From: a virus
Strand: one strand, 5' to 3'
Virus record (IMG/VR): IMGVR_UViG_3300032298_000540
Span: 12,875-76,874 of that record
DNA length: 64,000 bases
The notes beneath the pieces were generated by a model that was not told where the DNA came from, made no database searches, and was given only the letters and a program-made list of their open reading frames with translations. Position 1 is the first letter of the stretch. Each line of letters starts with the position of its first letter. Positions 30,370 through 38,320 of the stretch are shown in pieces. The position numbers and the translations under genes are program-made.

Positions 30370-30460
30370 CTCATTTCTGGGGTGTTATCACCCCCAACTT
30401 GAGTAGTCAACTCAGGGTTAGTGTTCAACTTGCTGAACATAATACTTTTGCGCACCACAG

Positions 30461-30501
30461 GTCTGGCAAGCATGTTTTTTGTTTGCTAGACTTGGTTTTT
30501 T
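30461..30501 (+). terminator. Hairpin plus U-tract
   Basis: GTCTGGCAAGCA...TGTTTGCTAGAC followed by TTGGTTTTTT. Confidence 0.5.
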
Positions 30502-30550
30502 ACGATTTCAACAAAAGGCTATTCTATGAAAATTCTAGTTAGGGCAAGCA

Positions 30551-30886
30551 ATGTCTATTGACGACACTTCAGTTACAAGAACTCAACCCTCCTGGCGCCA
30601 ACTAGCTGTTATTCCTGAGTCGGTACTCAAGGCATCCGTACTTAAAGCTTGTGGTGTAGTACCACCTGCTGCTGGAGTAAGTCGTACATTTGACGGTGGT
30701 AGCTTTCGCGTATTCGCAAATGTCTCCCCTGGTACACACAATACCGAGGGTGTGTGGTTTACGTTGTACCAGGACACAGGCTCACAACTGTTTACTAACC
30801 CTAAACAATTATTAAAAGCAGTACGTACATCACCAGGTACAGCTACAGGTGATGCCATAAGAACTTGGTTTACGTTTTTTACCTAA
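30551..30886 (+). CDS. Hypothetical protein
   Basis: 111-aa ORF. Confidence 0.6.
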   Translation: MSIDDTSVTRTQPSWRQLAVIPESVLKASVLKACGVVPPAAGVSRTFDGGSFRVFANVSPGTHNTEGVWFTLYQDTGSQLFTNPKQLLKAVRTSPGTATGDAIRTWFTFFT

Positions 30887-30995
30887 CCTACATCCTGACT
30901 AGACAACACTAGACTTAATTTTATTATTACCGTATGATAAGCTTTAGATTTATAATCGGAAATTATCCGACTTTGTACTTAAAAAGGAACATCAA

Positions 30996-31166
30996 ATGAC
31001 ACCACAACAAAACGACGTCCTGCAAGCTGCTGTTGATTTAGTAAATGGTGGAATGGACACGGAAGAAGCATTGGGCTGTTACCGCGTTATTTCTCAATAT
31101 GTTCTAAATACAATTCCCCCTGACGCTAAGGAGATTGACGAGCAAGTTGAAACAACTAATCTTTAA
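30996..31166 (+). CDS. Small protein, 56 aa (not in ORF track)
   Basis: AAGGA SD then MTPQQNDVLQAAVDL. Confidence 0.5.
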   Translation: MTPQQNDVLQAAVDLVNGGMDTEEALGCYRVISQYVLNTIPPDAKEIDEQVETTNL

Positions 31167-31899
31167 GTAATGTAAGCACTGAAGTCAACCAGTTTTTTTG
31201 ATAGCTTTTAACTCTCCTTGGGGCGCCATCCACATATTGAATGCGTGTTGGAGGCTCTTGTTTAAACTCAACACGGTATTTTTGAGCAACAAATTTACCA
31301 ACATTACTCATTTGATTACGTGGTAAATTCTTTTGGAATAACTCTAGATAAGCATCACTTATGGTTATTTCCTCGTCCCCAGGGGGAAGAAGAAAGTCTG
31401 AGTTAACACGCATTGCGTTATTTCTAGCTAAATCTGAAAACAAAATACGATCCCTATCTTCAAGGCACCCTAACTCTTTAATAAAATCTACAGATTCTTT
31501 TAACAAGTTAAGTATATTTGCACCAGAAATGGCAGGTTGTGGTTCAGCTTTTTGTTTTTGTGTATTTTCAAATTGTTCAAGAAACCAACCATCCATCCAC
31601 ACTGCGAATGGTGCATTGATCCAGCGAGCCAAGTCAATAGCAATCTGAGGATGAACCCAGGTACCGCCACCCTGGCCCTGGTGGGACTCGATCAGGTCAA
31701 ACATCCGAATTTCGGAGGTTTCAGCCAGAGCATCGAGATAGGTCTGACAACGTTCGCTTTCCCGGTACTTCGACCATTGTTTGCCGTTGGCCTTGCACAT
31801 GGCAGTGGCGTTAACGTAACCATCAGTGGTGCGCCGAGAGATCGGAGTGTCGTTCCATACACGAACAACAAGTGAGTCAGAGGGTGTTAGGCTATCCAT
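31156..31899 (-). CDS. KilA-N domain protein
   Basis: DGYVNATAMCKANGK.W and GGGTWVHPQIAIDLARWI. Confidence 0.9.
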   Translation of the reverse strand: MDSLTPSDSLVVRVWNDTPISRRTTDGYVNATAMCKANGKQWSKYRESERCQTYLDALAETSEIRMFDLIESHQGQGGGTWVHPQIAIDLARWINAPFAVWMDGWFLEQFENTQKQKAEPQPAISGANILNLLKESVDFIKELGCLEDRDRILFSDLARNNAMRVNSDFLLPPGDEEITISDAYLELFQKNLPRNQMSNVGKFVAQKYRVEFKQEPPTRIQYVDGAPRRVKSYQKNWLTSVLTLLKD

Positions 31900-31907
31900 G
31901 AGAAGGT

Positions 31908-31936
31908 AAGGACGGGGTAACAGCCGTCCTTTTTTT
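31908..31936 (+). terminator. Intrinsic terminator-like hairpin
   Basis: AAGGACGG-GGTAACAG-CCGTCCTT followed by TTTTT. Confidence 0.6.
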
Positions 31937-32030
31937 ATGGTAGCAAAGACAGGGATTGACCAGTAGTGCGTAACAGCGTAGTGTAACCGACTAGTTTATA
32001 TATTGATGTATAATAAGAAAAAAGAGTTTT

Positions 32031-32357
32031 ATGACTGACGTTACTCCTGCTACACCTGAATGGAATATTGCTCAACTCGAACGCCATCTAAGTGATGGTG
32101 CCGTCTACACCGCACACTGGACAGTAAATTTACAAGATCAAGGTGAGAGTGCTGGCTGCTACGGCAGTATTGGATTTAGTGATCCAGATCCTACTAATTT
32201 CACGCCTTATGATCAATTGACCCAAGAACAAGTCATTGGTTGGGTAAAAGATACTTTAGGAGAAGAGCAAGTCACTTCTATCGAAACAGGATTAGCTACT
32301 CAAATTGAACAGAAACTACAGCCAACAGATGCGCAAGGGCTCCCCTGGGGCAGTTAA
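32031..32357 (+). CDS. Tail-fibre-associated protein
   Basis: WNIAQLER...VYTAHW...FTPYDQLTQEQVIGWVK...GLPW, a pattern common after cyanophage fibres. Confidence 0.6.
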   Translation: MTDVTPATPEWNIAQLERHLSDGAVYTAHWTVNLQDQGESAGCYGSIGFSDPDPTNFTPYDQLTQEQVIGWVKDTLGEEQVTSIETGLATQIEQKLQPTDAQGLPWGS

Positions 32358-32390
32358 TTCTGCTATATTTTAAACAGTTATTTATTTGCC

Positions 32391-32561
32391 ATGTCTATCC
32401 AGGAAAAAATTGACAGCTCTATGGAGCAATTGCAACAAGCTGTCGATCAATACAACCAAGCTAATCAAGTAGCACAAACATCAAGGGAGCAAATTTTGTC
32501 TTTGCAAGGTGCAATTAGTGCATTGAAAGAATTGCAAAATGAGACTCCTCTTGTAGACTAA
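32391..32561 (+). CDS. Small coiled-coil protein, 56 aa (not in ORF track)
   Basis: Heptad pattern ending ILSLQGAISALKEL. Confidence 0.6.
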   Translation: MSIQEKIDSSMEQLQQAVDQYNQANQVAQTSREQILSLQGAISALKELQNETPLVD

Positions 32562-32581
32562 TACTAAACACATATAAACCC

Positions 32582-32722
32582 ATGGACCCAGCTACAGTAG
32601 CTATTGTTGCAATTGTCGTTGCCGCAGGCAGTGAAATTATTGCTTTGTCAAAACTAAAAGCAAATAGTTGGATTCAACTTTTGCTACAGGTTGCTCGTTT
32701 ACTTTTTCCAAAACAAAAGTAA
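32582..32722 (+). CDS. Holin-like membrane protein, 46 aa (not in ORF track)
   Basis: Hydrophobic N-terminus with SEII...KANSWIQL; directly upstream of the endolysin. Confidence 0.55.
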   Translation: MDPATVAIVAIVVAAGSEIIALSKLKANSWIQLLLQVARLLFPKQK

Positions 32723-32731
32723 ATTATAAAT

Positions 32732-32762
32732 AAAACCCCTTAGACTAACTGAGGGGTTTTTT
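32732..32762. terminator. Bidirectional hairpin terminator overlapping a TAGACT -10 box
   Basis: AAAACCCCT-TAGACTAACTG-AGGGGTTTT. Confidence 0.6.
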
Positions 32763-32768
32763 AATGCC

Positions 32769-33860
32769 ATGGCAGACAAACTTATTGATGCAGCTAGGTT
32801 CTATAAAGGACTTAAACAGCAGAATGATGCTTTTAATTGGTTAGAAGCAACACTTACTACTGATAAACTAAAGGAATTCTTTATTCGTTATCGGACTGAT
32901 CCACCTGTTGACAACAGCTATACCAACGATTGGGATGGTGTTGTAAAAGCAGCTAAAGTTTCTGGTGCCAAATATCCAGAATTAGTAGCAGCACAGTGGG
33001 CAGTAGAATCAAGCTGGGGAAAACATGTATCAGGAAAAAACAATTACTTTGGACTTAAAGGATCGGGAACTAATCAATCTACGCAGGAATTTATTAATGG
33101 CAACTGGATCACAATTACTGATGGGTTCCTTGATTTTCCTGACCTACGTACTTGTGTTTCCTATCTCGTTGACCGGTGGTACAAAGACTATAAAGGATAC
33201 AAAGGTGTCAACAACGCAGCCAATCGTAATGAAGCAGCCAAACAACTTAAAGAACAAGGCTATGCTACAGACCCTGATTACCCCACAAAACTGATTCAGG
33301 TAATGGATCAAAAACTTAGTGTGGCAGCAGATGACACACCTAGGTTAAATCCTTTGCCTGTTCTTTACATGAGTCAACGGGATAATTACAGAGACGCAGG
33401 TAGAACATGTTTTAGTTCTAGTTGTGCCATGATGTTGAAGTATTTAAAACCAAAATCAATAACAGGTGATAATGATTACATCAAAACTGTTTTTACTTAT
33501 GGTGATAGTACTGACAGTACAACGCAATTAAAAACTTTATTTAAATATGGTATAGAAGCAAGATTTAGTACTAAAGGAACACCTGAGATAATTAAAAAAC
33601 AAATTGACAGTAATAAACCTGTACCAGTAGGTTTTTTGCATCATGGTACGGTAACTGCCCCTAGTGGTGGTGGACACTGGCTTTGTATCATTGGGTATAA
33701 CGAAAGTAGTTACATTGTCCATGATCCTTGGGGTGACATGGATTTAATTGGTGGACAATATCTGAATACAAACGGCGCAAGACTGAATTACAGCTACAAA
33801 AATTTTAACCCTAGATGGCTTGTAGATGGGCCGAATTCTGGGTGGTGTATTCTTGCATGA
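32769..33860 (+). CDS. Endolysin: GH73 glucosaminidase plus C39-like peptidase
   Basis: AQWAVESSWG, NNYFGLK and GYATDPDY; then SQRDN..CFSSSCAM, GGHW and VHDPWG. Confidence 0.85.
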   Translation: MADKLIDAARFYKGLKQQNDAFNWLEATLTTDKLKEFFIRYRTDPPVDNSYTNDWDGVVKAAKVSGAKYPELVAAQWAVESSWGKHVSGKNNYFGLKGSGTNQSTQEFINGNWITITDGFLDFPDLRTCVSYLVDRWYKDYKGYKGVNNAANRNEAAKQLKEQGYATDPDYPTKLIQVMDQKLSVAADDTPRLNPLPVLYMSQRDNYRDAGRTCFSSSCAMMLKYLKPKSITGDNDYIKTVFTYGDSTDSTTQLKTLFKYGIEARFSTKGTPEIIKKQIDSNKPVPVGFLHHGTVTAPSGGGHWLCIIGYNESSYIVHDPWGDMDLIGGQYLNTNGARLNYSYKNFNPRWLVDGPNSGWCILA

Positions 33861-34015
33861 AAATAAAACAGAATCCTTGGATAAGGGTCAGTCTTTGTTA
33901 TCAATTAAATAAAGAACGTAGATGTGTATGTGTAAACAAAGAAACTGCTTATAAATTAAGAAAAGAAATTGAAGCTCAAAACGGAACTATCTACTGGTTT
34001 CAACCGGTTGAATAG
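33857..34015 (+). CDS. Small hypothetical protein
   Basis: ATGA-coupled to the endolysin. Confidence 0.5.
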   Translation: MKIKQNPWIRVSLCYQLNKERRCVCVNKETAYKLRKEIEAQNGTIYWFQPVE

Positions 34016-34421
34016 TTTTTAAATAATAAAACAAAAGTTTATCAGGATCAGTGTACCAGTCATTATTTTCACGCTGTTTGAACCAACGAGAATACACCTT
34101 AAATTGTTTAAGTTTTTCTTTAGATTCACATAAGAAGAAAATACAATCACCAGGGGGGAGTTCTTCTGTCCACACACGCAAATGACGGACGGCCATAAGC
34201 TGGGGCAACAAACCAGAATTACCCGTTAAGTTGGTAGCTAACTTTTTAGATCTTTTGTTTTTACGTTTATTTAACCAGTCATTTAATTGACGTTTACTTT
34301 TACTTATTCCAAGAGATAATAACCAAAAAGTTTGATCTTGCAAGCGTCCCCACTTGATAAGTCTAAGCTTAATGTATGTATTTTCAGGTTTAAAGTAAAT
34401 GGTTTTAACCTTATACTTCAT
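33987..34421 (-). CDS. Basic hypothetical protein
   Basis: 144-aa ORF coupled to the upstream gene. Confidence 0.55.
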   Translation of the reverse strand: MKYKVKTIYFKPENTYIKLRLIKWGRLQDQTFWLLSLGISKSKRQLNDWLNKRKNKRSKKLATNLTGNSGLLPQLMAVRHLRVWTEELPPGDCIFFLCESKEKLKQFKVYSRWFKQRENNDWYTDPDKLLFYYLKTIQPVETSR

Positions 34422-35347
34422 GAAGTTGTAATTAAAGAATCAAAAAGAACAGGTAATGTATCTAAAGGACTCCTTTCGCGTTGCCATGCAGCAAGATATT
34501 CAGCACGAGAATGTTCATGAATAGACTCAAAATCAAAAGAATCAGAAGGTTCAATTATAAAAGGATCTCCAGATTCTGTTTCAGTAGCTTCAGCAGCAAT
34601 TAACCAAGACGAATCAAAAGGTATTTCAACTGTCACACTAAAATTTATTGTTGCAAGAATAACAGTAAAAGCATTAAAAGTAGCAGGAAGAGAATAATTT
34701 ACTGTGAATGTAGGACCTATGGTAATAGTATTATCTGAATCAATAAGTGTTTCTTGAGTTAAAAAACTAACATCTAAATCTTCTAATAACAAAAACATTT
34801 CTGTTATTGCTATTTCTATAATAAGTCCTAGTGTGTAATTAAGTAACTCATTACGAGTAGTTGAAACACACAATAAATAACTACCTACACCTAATGCAAA
34901 ATAACGATCATCTCCTCTTCCTAAAGCATTAGGATCAAATGTATTATACAGATCAGATGGTGCCCCCATTGTATGATCAATATAAGGATAGTAAGTTCCA
35001 TCAGTAACACTTGTTGTGGATACACTATCACCTTGAAAAATACCTTGTCCTTCAATCGGATTTTTATTTAGATCATAGGCAGACACTTGAATATAATTAG
35101 GACGCGGCCCACCTTTAGTAGTAATTATCCAAGCAGGAGACGTCAGATTTATTTGGTACCAGTGATTGTAAGCTCCTCCACCAAAACCGCCATTTGAATA
35201 TTGATTAGTATCAGCACGGCCAACAACAACATTCTTGGGTCCTAATGTACCAGTAAGAACACGCAGTGAAGTTTCATTAAAAGAACCAAGAACTAAAGGA
35301 TTGTTCTGAGTACGTTGGCGTTGGGAAACTTGGGATACCCTACTCAT
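34418..35347 (-). CDS. Hypothetical (beta-rich, possibly structural)
   Basis: 309-aa ORF. Confidence 0.6.
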   Translation of the reverse strand: MSRVSQVSQRQRTQNNPLVLGSFNETSLRVLTGTLGPKNVVVGRADTNQYSNGGFGGGAYNHWYQINLTSPAWIITTKGGPRPNYIQVSAYDLNKNPIEGQGIFQGDSVSTTSVTDGTYYPYIDHTMGAPSDLYNTFDPNALGRGDDRYFALGVGSYLLCVSTTRNELLNYTLGLIIEIAITEMFLLLEDLDVSFLTQETLIDSDNTITIGPTFTVNYSLPATFNAFTVILATINFSVTVEIPFDSSWLIAAEATETESGDPFIIEPSDSFDFESIHEHSRAEYLAAWQRERSPLDTLPVLFDSLITTS

Positions 35348-35361
35348 TTATAACTACTGTT

Positions 35362-36042
35362 TTACTCATTGTACTCTGAATTATCAGTTACATCTAGAGG
35401 ATGAGCAATTGTGGGTTTCATATCTTTGCGTATAAGAGTTTGAATATTGTTCTGTAGCTTTGTTCGATTGAATAGCATCAACTGTTCAGCTTCAAATTCT
35501 GTAGTAAAAGGAAAAATTGCAGCAGGAGGGCTGCGTCTATTCCAGTTGGAAACCAGATGCAGGGGATTTGCACAGTTCTTGTTCCTGCAAAGGTGTGTGA
35601 CAAATGTACTACCCACATCTCCCCATGCACATTGATAGATGGCTTTATGAAAGGACACGTTTTCAGCTTTCTGTTCGCTATAGAAGGACCGATAGGACGG
35701 AAAACAGACTCTTTTGTTACCTCGATTGATAGGGGTATCGATGGACCAGCAGCTATCCCACCCACCTATGTCAACCCGTTTCCAGAGTTGCAGGTATTTG
35801 ACCTTGTACTCCTCATTTATAAAATTAATGTTAAATCCACAGTTGTTTGAAAGGATCTTTTCGACGCAGTGATAGCAGAAATGGGTCTCAATATCCCGAA
35901 TAACGTGGTTGTGAGGGCAGGAAAAGCCTCGATAATAACCATTTTCCTTTAGGTTTTCTTTATCTTTGCTGTCAATGTTGGGGACGTAGCGAAAGGGAAT
36001 TGTATCCGTTGATACCTTTTGTTCTTCAGATGGGCTCGTCAT
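35362..36042 (-). CDS. HNH/His-Cys homing-endonuclease-like zinc protein
   Basis: CPHNH..CYHC, SCW, FHKAIY and HLCRNKNCANPLHL. Confidence 0.7.
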   Translation of the reverse strand: MTSPSEEQKVSTDTIPFRYVPNIDSKDKENLKENGYYRGFSCPHNHVIRDIETHFCYHCVEKILSNNCGFNINFINEEYKVKYLQLWKRVDIGGWDSCWSIDTPINRGNKRVCFPSYRSFYSEQKAENVSFHKAIYQCAWGDVGSTFVTHLCRNKNCANPLHLVSNWNRRSPPAAIFPFTTEFEAEQLMLFNRTKLQNNIQTLIRKDMKPTIAHPLDVTDNSEYNE

Positions 36043-36397
36043 TGGCTTGCTCCTGTGTGTTTTTGGATTTGTTCTTACGTGCAGAAGGTGGACGAACGTG
36101 TCGTACCAAGTCTTTTCGGTTGTCCTTGTCTATGTTATCAGGCAAATGAAGTACATCTGCATTACCAGGATCCTGTCCTGTACGTAAAAAGTACACCAAT
36201 CTGTGGCCATGGAACTGTTCACCTGACATGCGTACCAGGTAGTAGCGCCCTGGGAGAGTCCAGCGCCCTGCCATATCCCCAGTCCTGTGATAGTAAGCGT
36301 TCTCAACCCACTCAAGACCACTGGGATACCGATCAGAAAGCTTTAGTTTTTCTTTTACGTACCAGATGGGAAACATTCTGGTGTAGGCACGAGCCAT
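36026..36397 (-). CDS. Degenerate HNH-like protein
   Basis: GHRLVYFLRTG...VLH....DN. Confidence 0.55.
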   Translation of the reverse strand: MARAYTRMFPIWYVKEKLKLSDRYPSGLEWVENAYYHRTGDMAGRWTLPGRYYLVRMSGEQFHGHRLVYFLRTGQDPGNADVLHLPDNIDKDNRKDLVRHVRPPSARKNKSKNTQEQANDEPI

Positions 36398-36424
36398 GGA
36401 AAAATCGTCTTAGCGGTCAAAGTG

Positions 36425-36598
36425 AGGGCGTCATTTCCGACTATACCCCTATTTATATCTTTATATAGAGTAAATGACACTTTTGGTTTGAACCCCCTTT
36501 TCTTCTAGTACTTCTGTACTCCCTCCTTTTCTGCCTTCAAAAGTGTCATTTGCCTTATGTAAAGTATAGATGGGGGGTAAAGTCGGAAAGTCCGCCCT
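36425..36598. repeat. Imperfect ~61-bp inverted repeat with 52-bp pyrimidine-rich spacer
   Basis: Arms at 36425-36485 and 36538-36598 share AGGGCG, TTTCCGACT, TACCCC and AAATGACACTTTTG. Confidence 0.85.
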
Positions 36599-36618
36599 AC
36601 CTCTCTTCCCTACCCCAT

Positions 36619-36645
36619 AAAAAAGCCCCTACCTGAAGTAGAGGC
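36619..36645 (-). terminator. Intrinsic terminator of the replication/glycosyltransferase operon
   Basis: Minus strand reads GCCTCTAC-TTCAG-GTAGGGGC-TTTTTT. Confidence 0.75.
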
Positions 36646-36672
36646 CCTCGTGGTTATTGATCCCGATCTAAC

Positions 36673-37929
36673 CTAAGTGGCAGTCATGAGCTCGCAGACG
36701 CCAGGCTTTGCCTGTTCCTCTACTACTTCAACAGAAGCTTCGGTAGGTGCCTCTAGAACCTCTTCAAACTCCTCTTTGAACTGGTTTGCTACTGTGTCCC
36801 AGTCAAACTCTTTGCTTGTTGCCCGCTCATAACAAAGGTCTGCTACAGAAGCCAACCTTTCCCTGTCCTCATACAACTCATTCAGCAGCTCAGTTAGATG
36901 CTCTGAACTAGGACATGGCATCTCCCTCCCATAATTCGTATCTACATCCACGTGATCACATCTGATCAGTGGTGCATAACCCTCAAACAATTCCTTACAC
37001 GAAGTATGGTCTGGCACAATCTGTGCTACGCGACAGGCAGCATGTTCAAAATTAACCAGCCCAAACCCTTCCCCCTTACAGGTATTAACACCTACATCAA
37101 CAGCATTATAAATACTATTCAAAAACTCAACAGGTACATTAGGTGGATGTGGGCTATTACCTGTAAAAATAATCCTGTTATTAGGATCCAACCCCCTCTT
37201 ATTCATCTCTCTGGCAAACAAAGGCATTAGATCCCACCCTTGATCTTTCATTCCCATATGCAGATACAACCGAGCATCTGGCTTATCTACAGCGAAGTCA
37301 GCAAAAGCGGATATCGTAATATCTTGCCTCTTCCTAAACTGATTCCTGTTCCCATTAAACACAATAAAATGCTCATCAGGTAGTCCCAGCTTCTTACGTG
37401 CGGCTGCCTTATCCTCTGGATAGAACTGACCCTTTGTCACCCCATGGGGAATAACTGTAATAGGTCTACGTATCCCACCTCTGATTGCCTCATTAGCACC
37501 AAATTCCGTATAACAAACACAACCGTCCCAATCATTAGCTGTTTCACCTAGTGATCCGTACCAACCATACGAATCCATTGGGAAATACCCAACAAACTTA
37601 AACTGCCCAGCCTTATGTAAATCAGCAATCTGTCGATACTGCTCATTGATAATCCAAATATCATTAATAGTAAACACAAGATCAGGCTTTTCCCTCTCTA
37701 CAATTTCTCTAAACCGTTGTACACCAAAGGGTTCAGTCTGATTTCTGTTGCTTGAAGGATAGATCTTATACTTCTCCTGCAAGGGGTGTGGGTCACCCCA
37801 ATAGTTATTACCTAAAACAATAACCTCATAATCATCGCAAATACGTTCAAGGATATTTTCGGTTACCCTTGCAAAACCAGTCATGGCAATAATGTCACCA
37901 GACCAAAGTAACTTTGGCTTCTTAGTCAT
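36673..37929 (-). CDS. GT-B (GT4-like) glycosyltransferase
   Basis: TGFARV, NRNQFRKR and YNAVDVGVNTCKGEGFGLVNFEHAAC. Confidence 0.88.
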   Translation of the reverse strand: MTKKPKLLWSGDIIAMTGFARVTENILERICDDYEVIVLGNNYWGDPHPLQEKYKIYPSSNRNQTEPFGVQRFREIVEREKPDLVFTINDIWIINEQYRQIADLHKAGQFKFVGYFPMDSYGWYGSLGETANDWDGCVCYTEFGANEAIRGGIRRPITVIPHGVTKGQFYPEDKAAARKKLGLPDEHFIVFNGNRNQFRKRQDITISAFADFAVDKPDARLYLHMGMKDQGWDLMPLFAREMNKRGLDPNNRIIFTGNSPHPPNVPVEFLNSIYNAVDVGVNTCKGEGFGLVNFEHAACRVAQIVPDHTSCKELFEGYAPLIRCDHVDVDTNYGREMPCPSSEHLTELLNELYEDRERLASVADLCYERATSKEFDWDTVANQFKEEFEEVLEAPTEASVEVVEEQAKPGVCELMTAT

Positions 37930-37960
37930 GTTCTATCAGAAACTTTACACAGTATAAACA

Positions 37961-38320
37961 CTAATCTTGTTCAGTTGAACATGATGTTCTAACCAATTCT
38001 TTTTTGTTAATTGTTGTCGCCTTACATTCTTTAATCAAGAAATCAGCAGCCTTCTCTGTATTCGTCGTATCTCCACAGGTATATAAGTCGATAGCTGCAT
38101 AACCTAACTCAGGCCAAGTATGAATACTAGAATGTGACTCAGACAACAAGGCCAACAAAGTAACGCCCTGCGGCTGGAACTTCTCGCCAATGATATGTAG
38201 TACATTAGCACCAGCAAGGTACATAGCTTTCTCCATTAGCTCAGTCAACAATCCGTAATCGTCTAGCACCAAGGGGTCACACCCATCTAGGTCAAGAATT
38301 AAGTGTCGTCCTTTTGTCAT
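37961..38320 (-). CDS. speD: S-adenosylmethionine decarboxylase
   Basis: GRHLILD, FQPQGVT and LSESHSSIHTWPE..YAAIDLYTCG. Confidence 0.92.
   Translation of the reverse strand: MTKGRHLILDLDGCDPLVLDDYGLLTELMEKAMYLAGANVLHIIGEKFQPQGVTLLALLSESHSSIHTWPELGYAAIDLYTCGDTTNTEKAADFLIKECKATTINKKELVRTSCSTEQD

Noticed and set aside
30370-30460. tRNA or other known RNA in the small hairpin cluster
   Set aside because: No cloverleaf or T-loop consensus; only short isolated stems.
36019-36468. 149-aa plus-strand ORF
   Set aside because: It is antisense to the HNH-like gene, runs into the inverted repeat and has no recognisable motifs.
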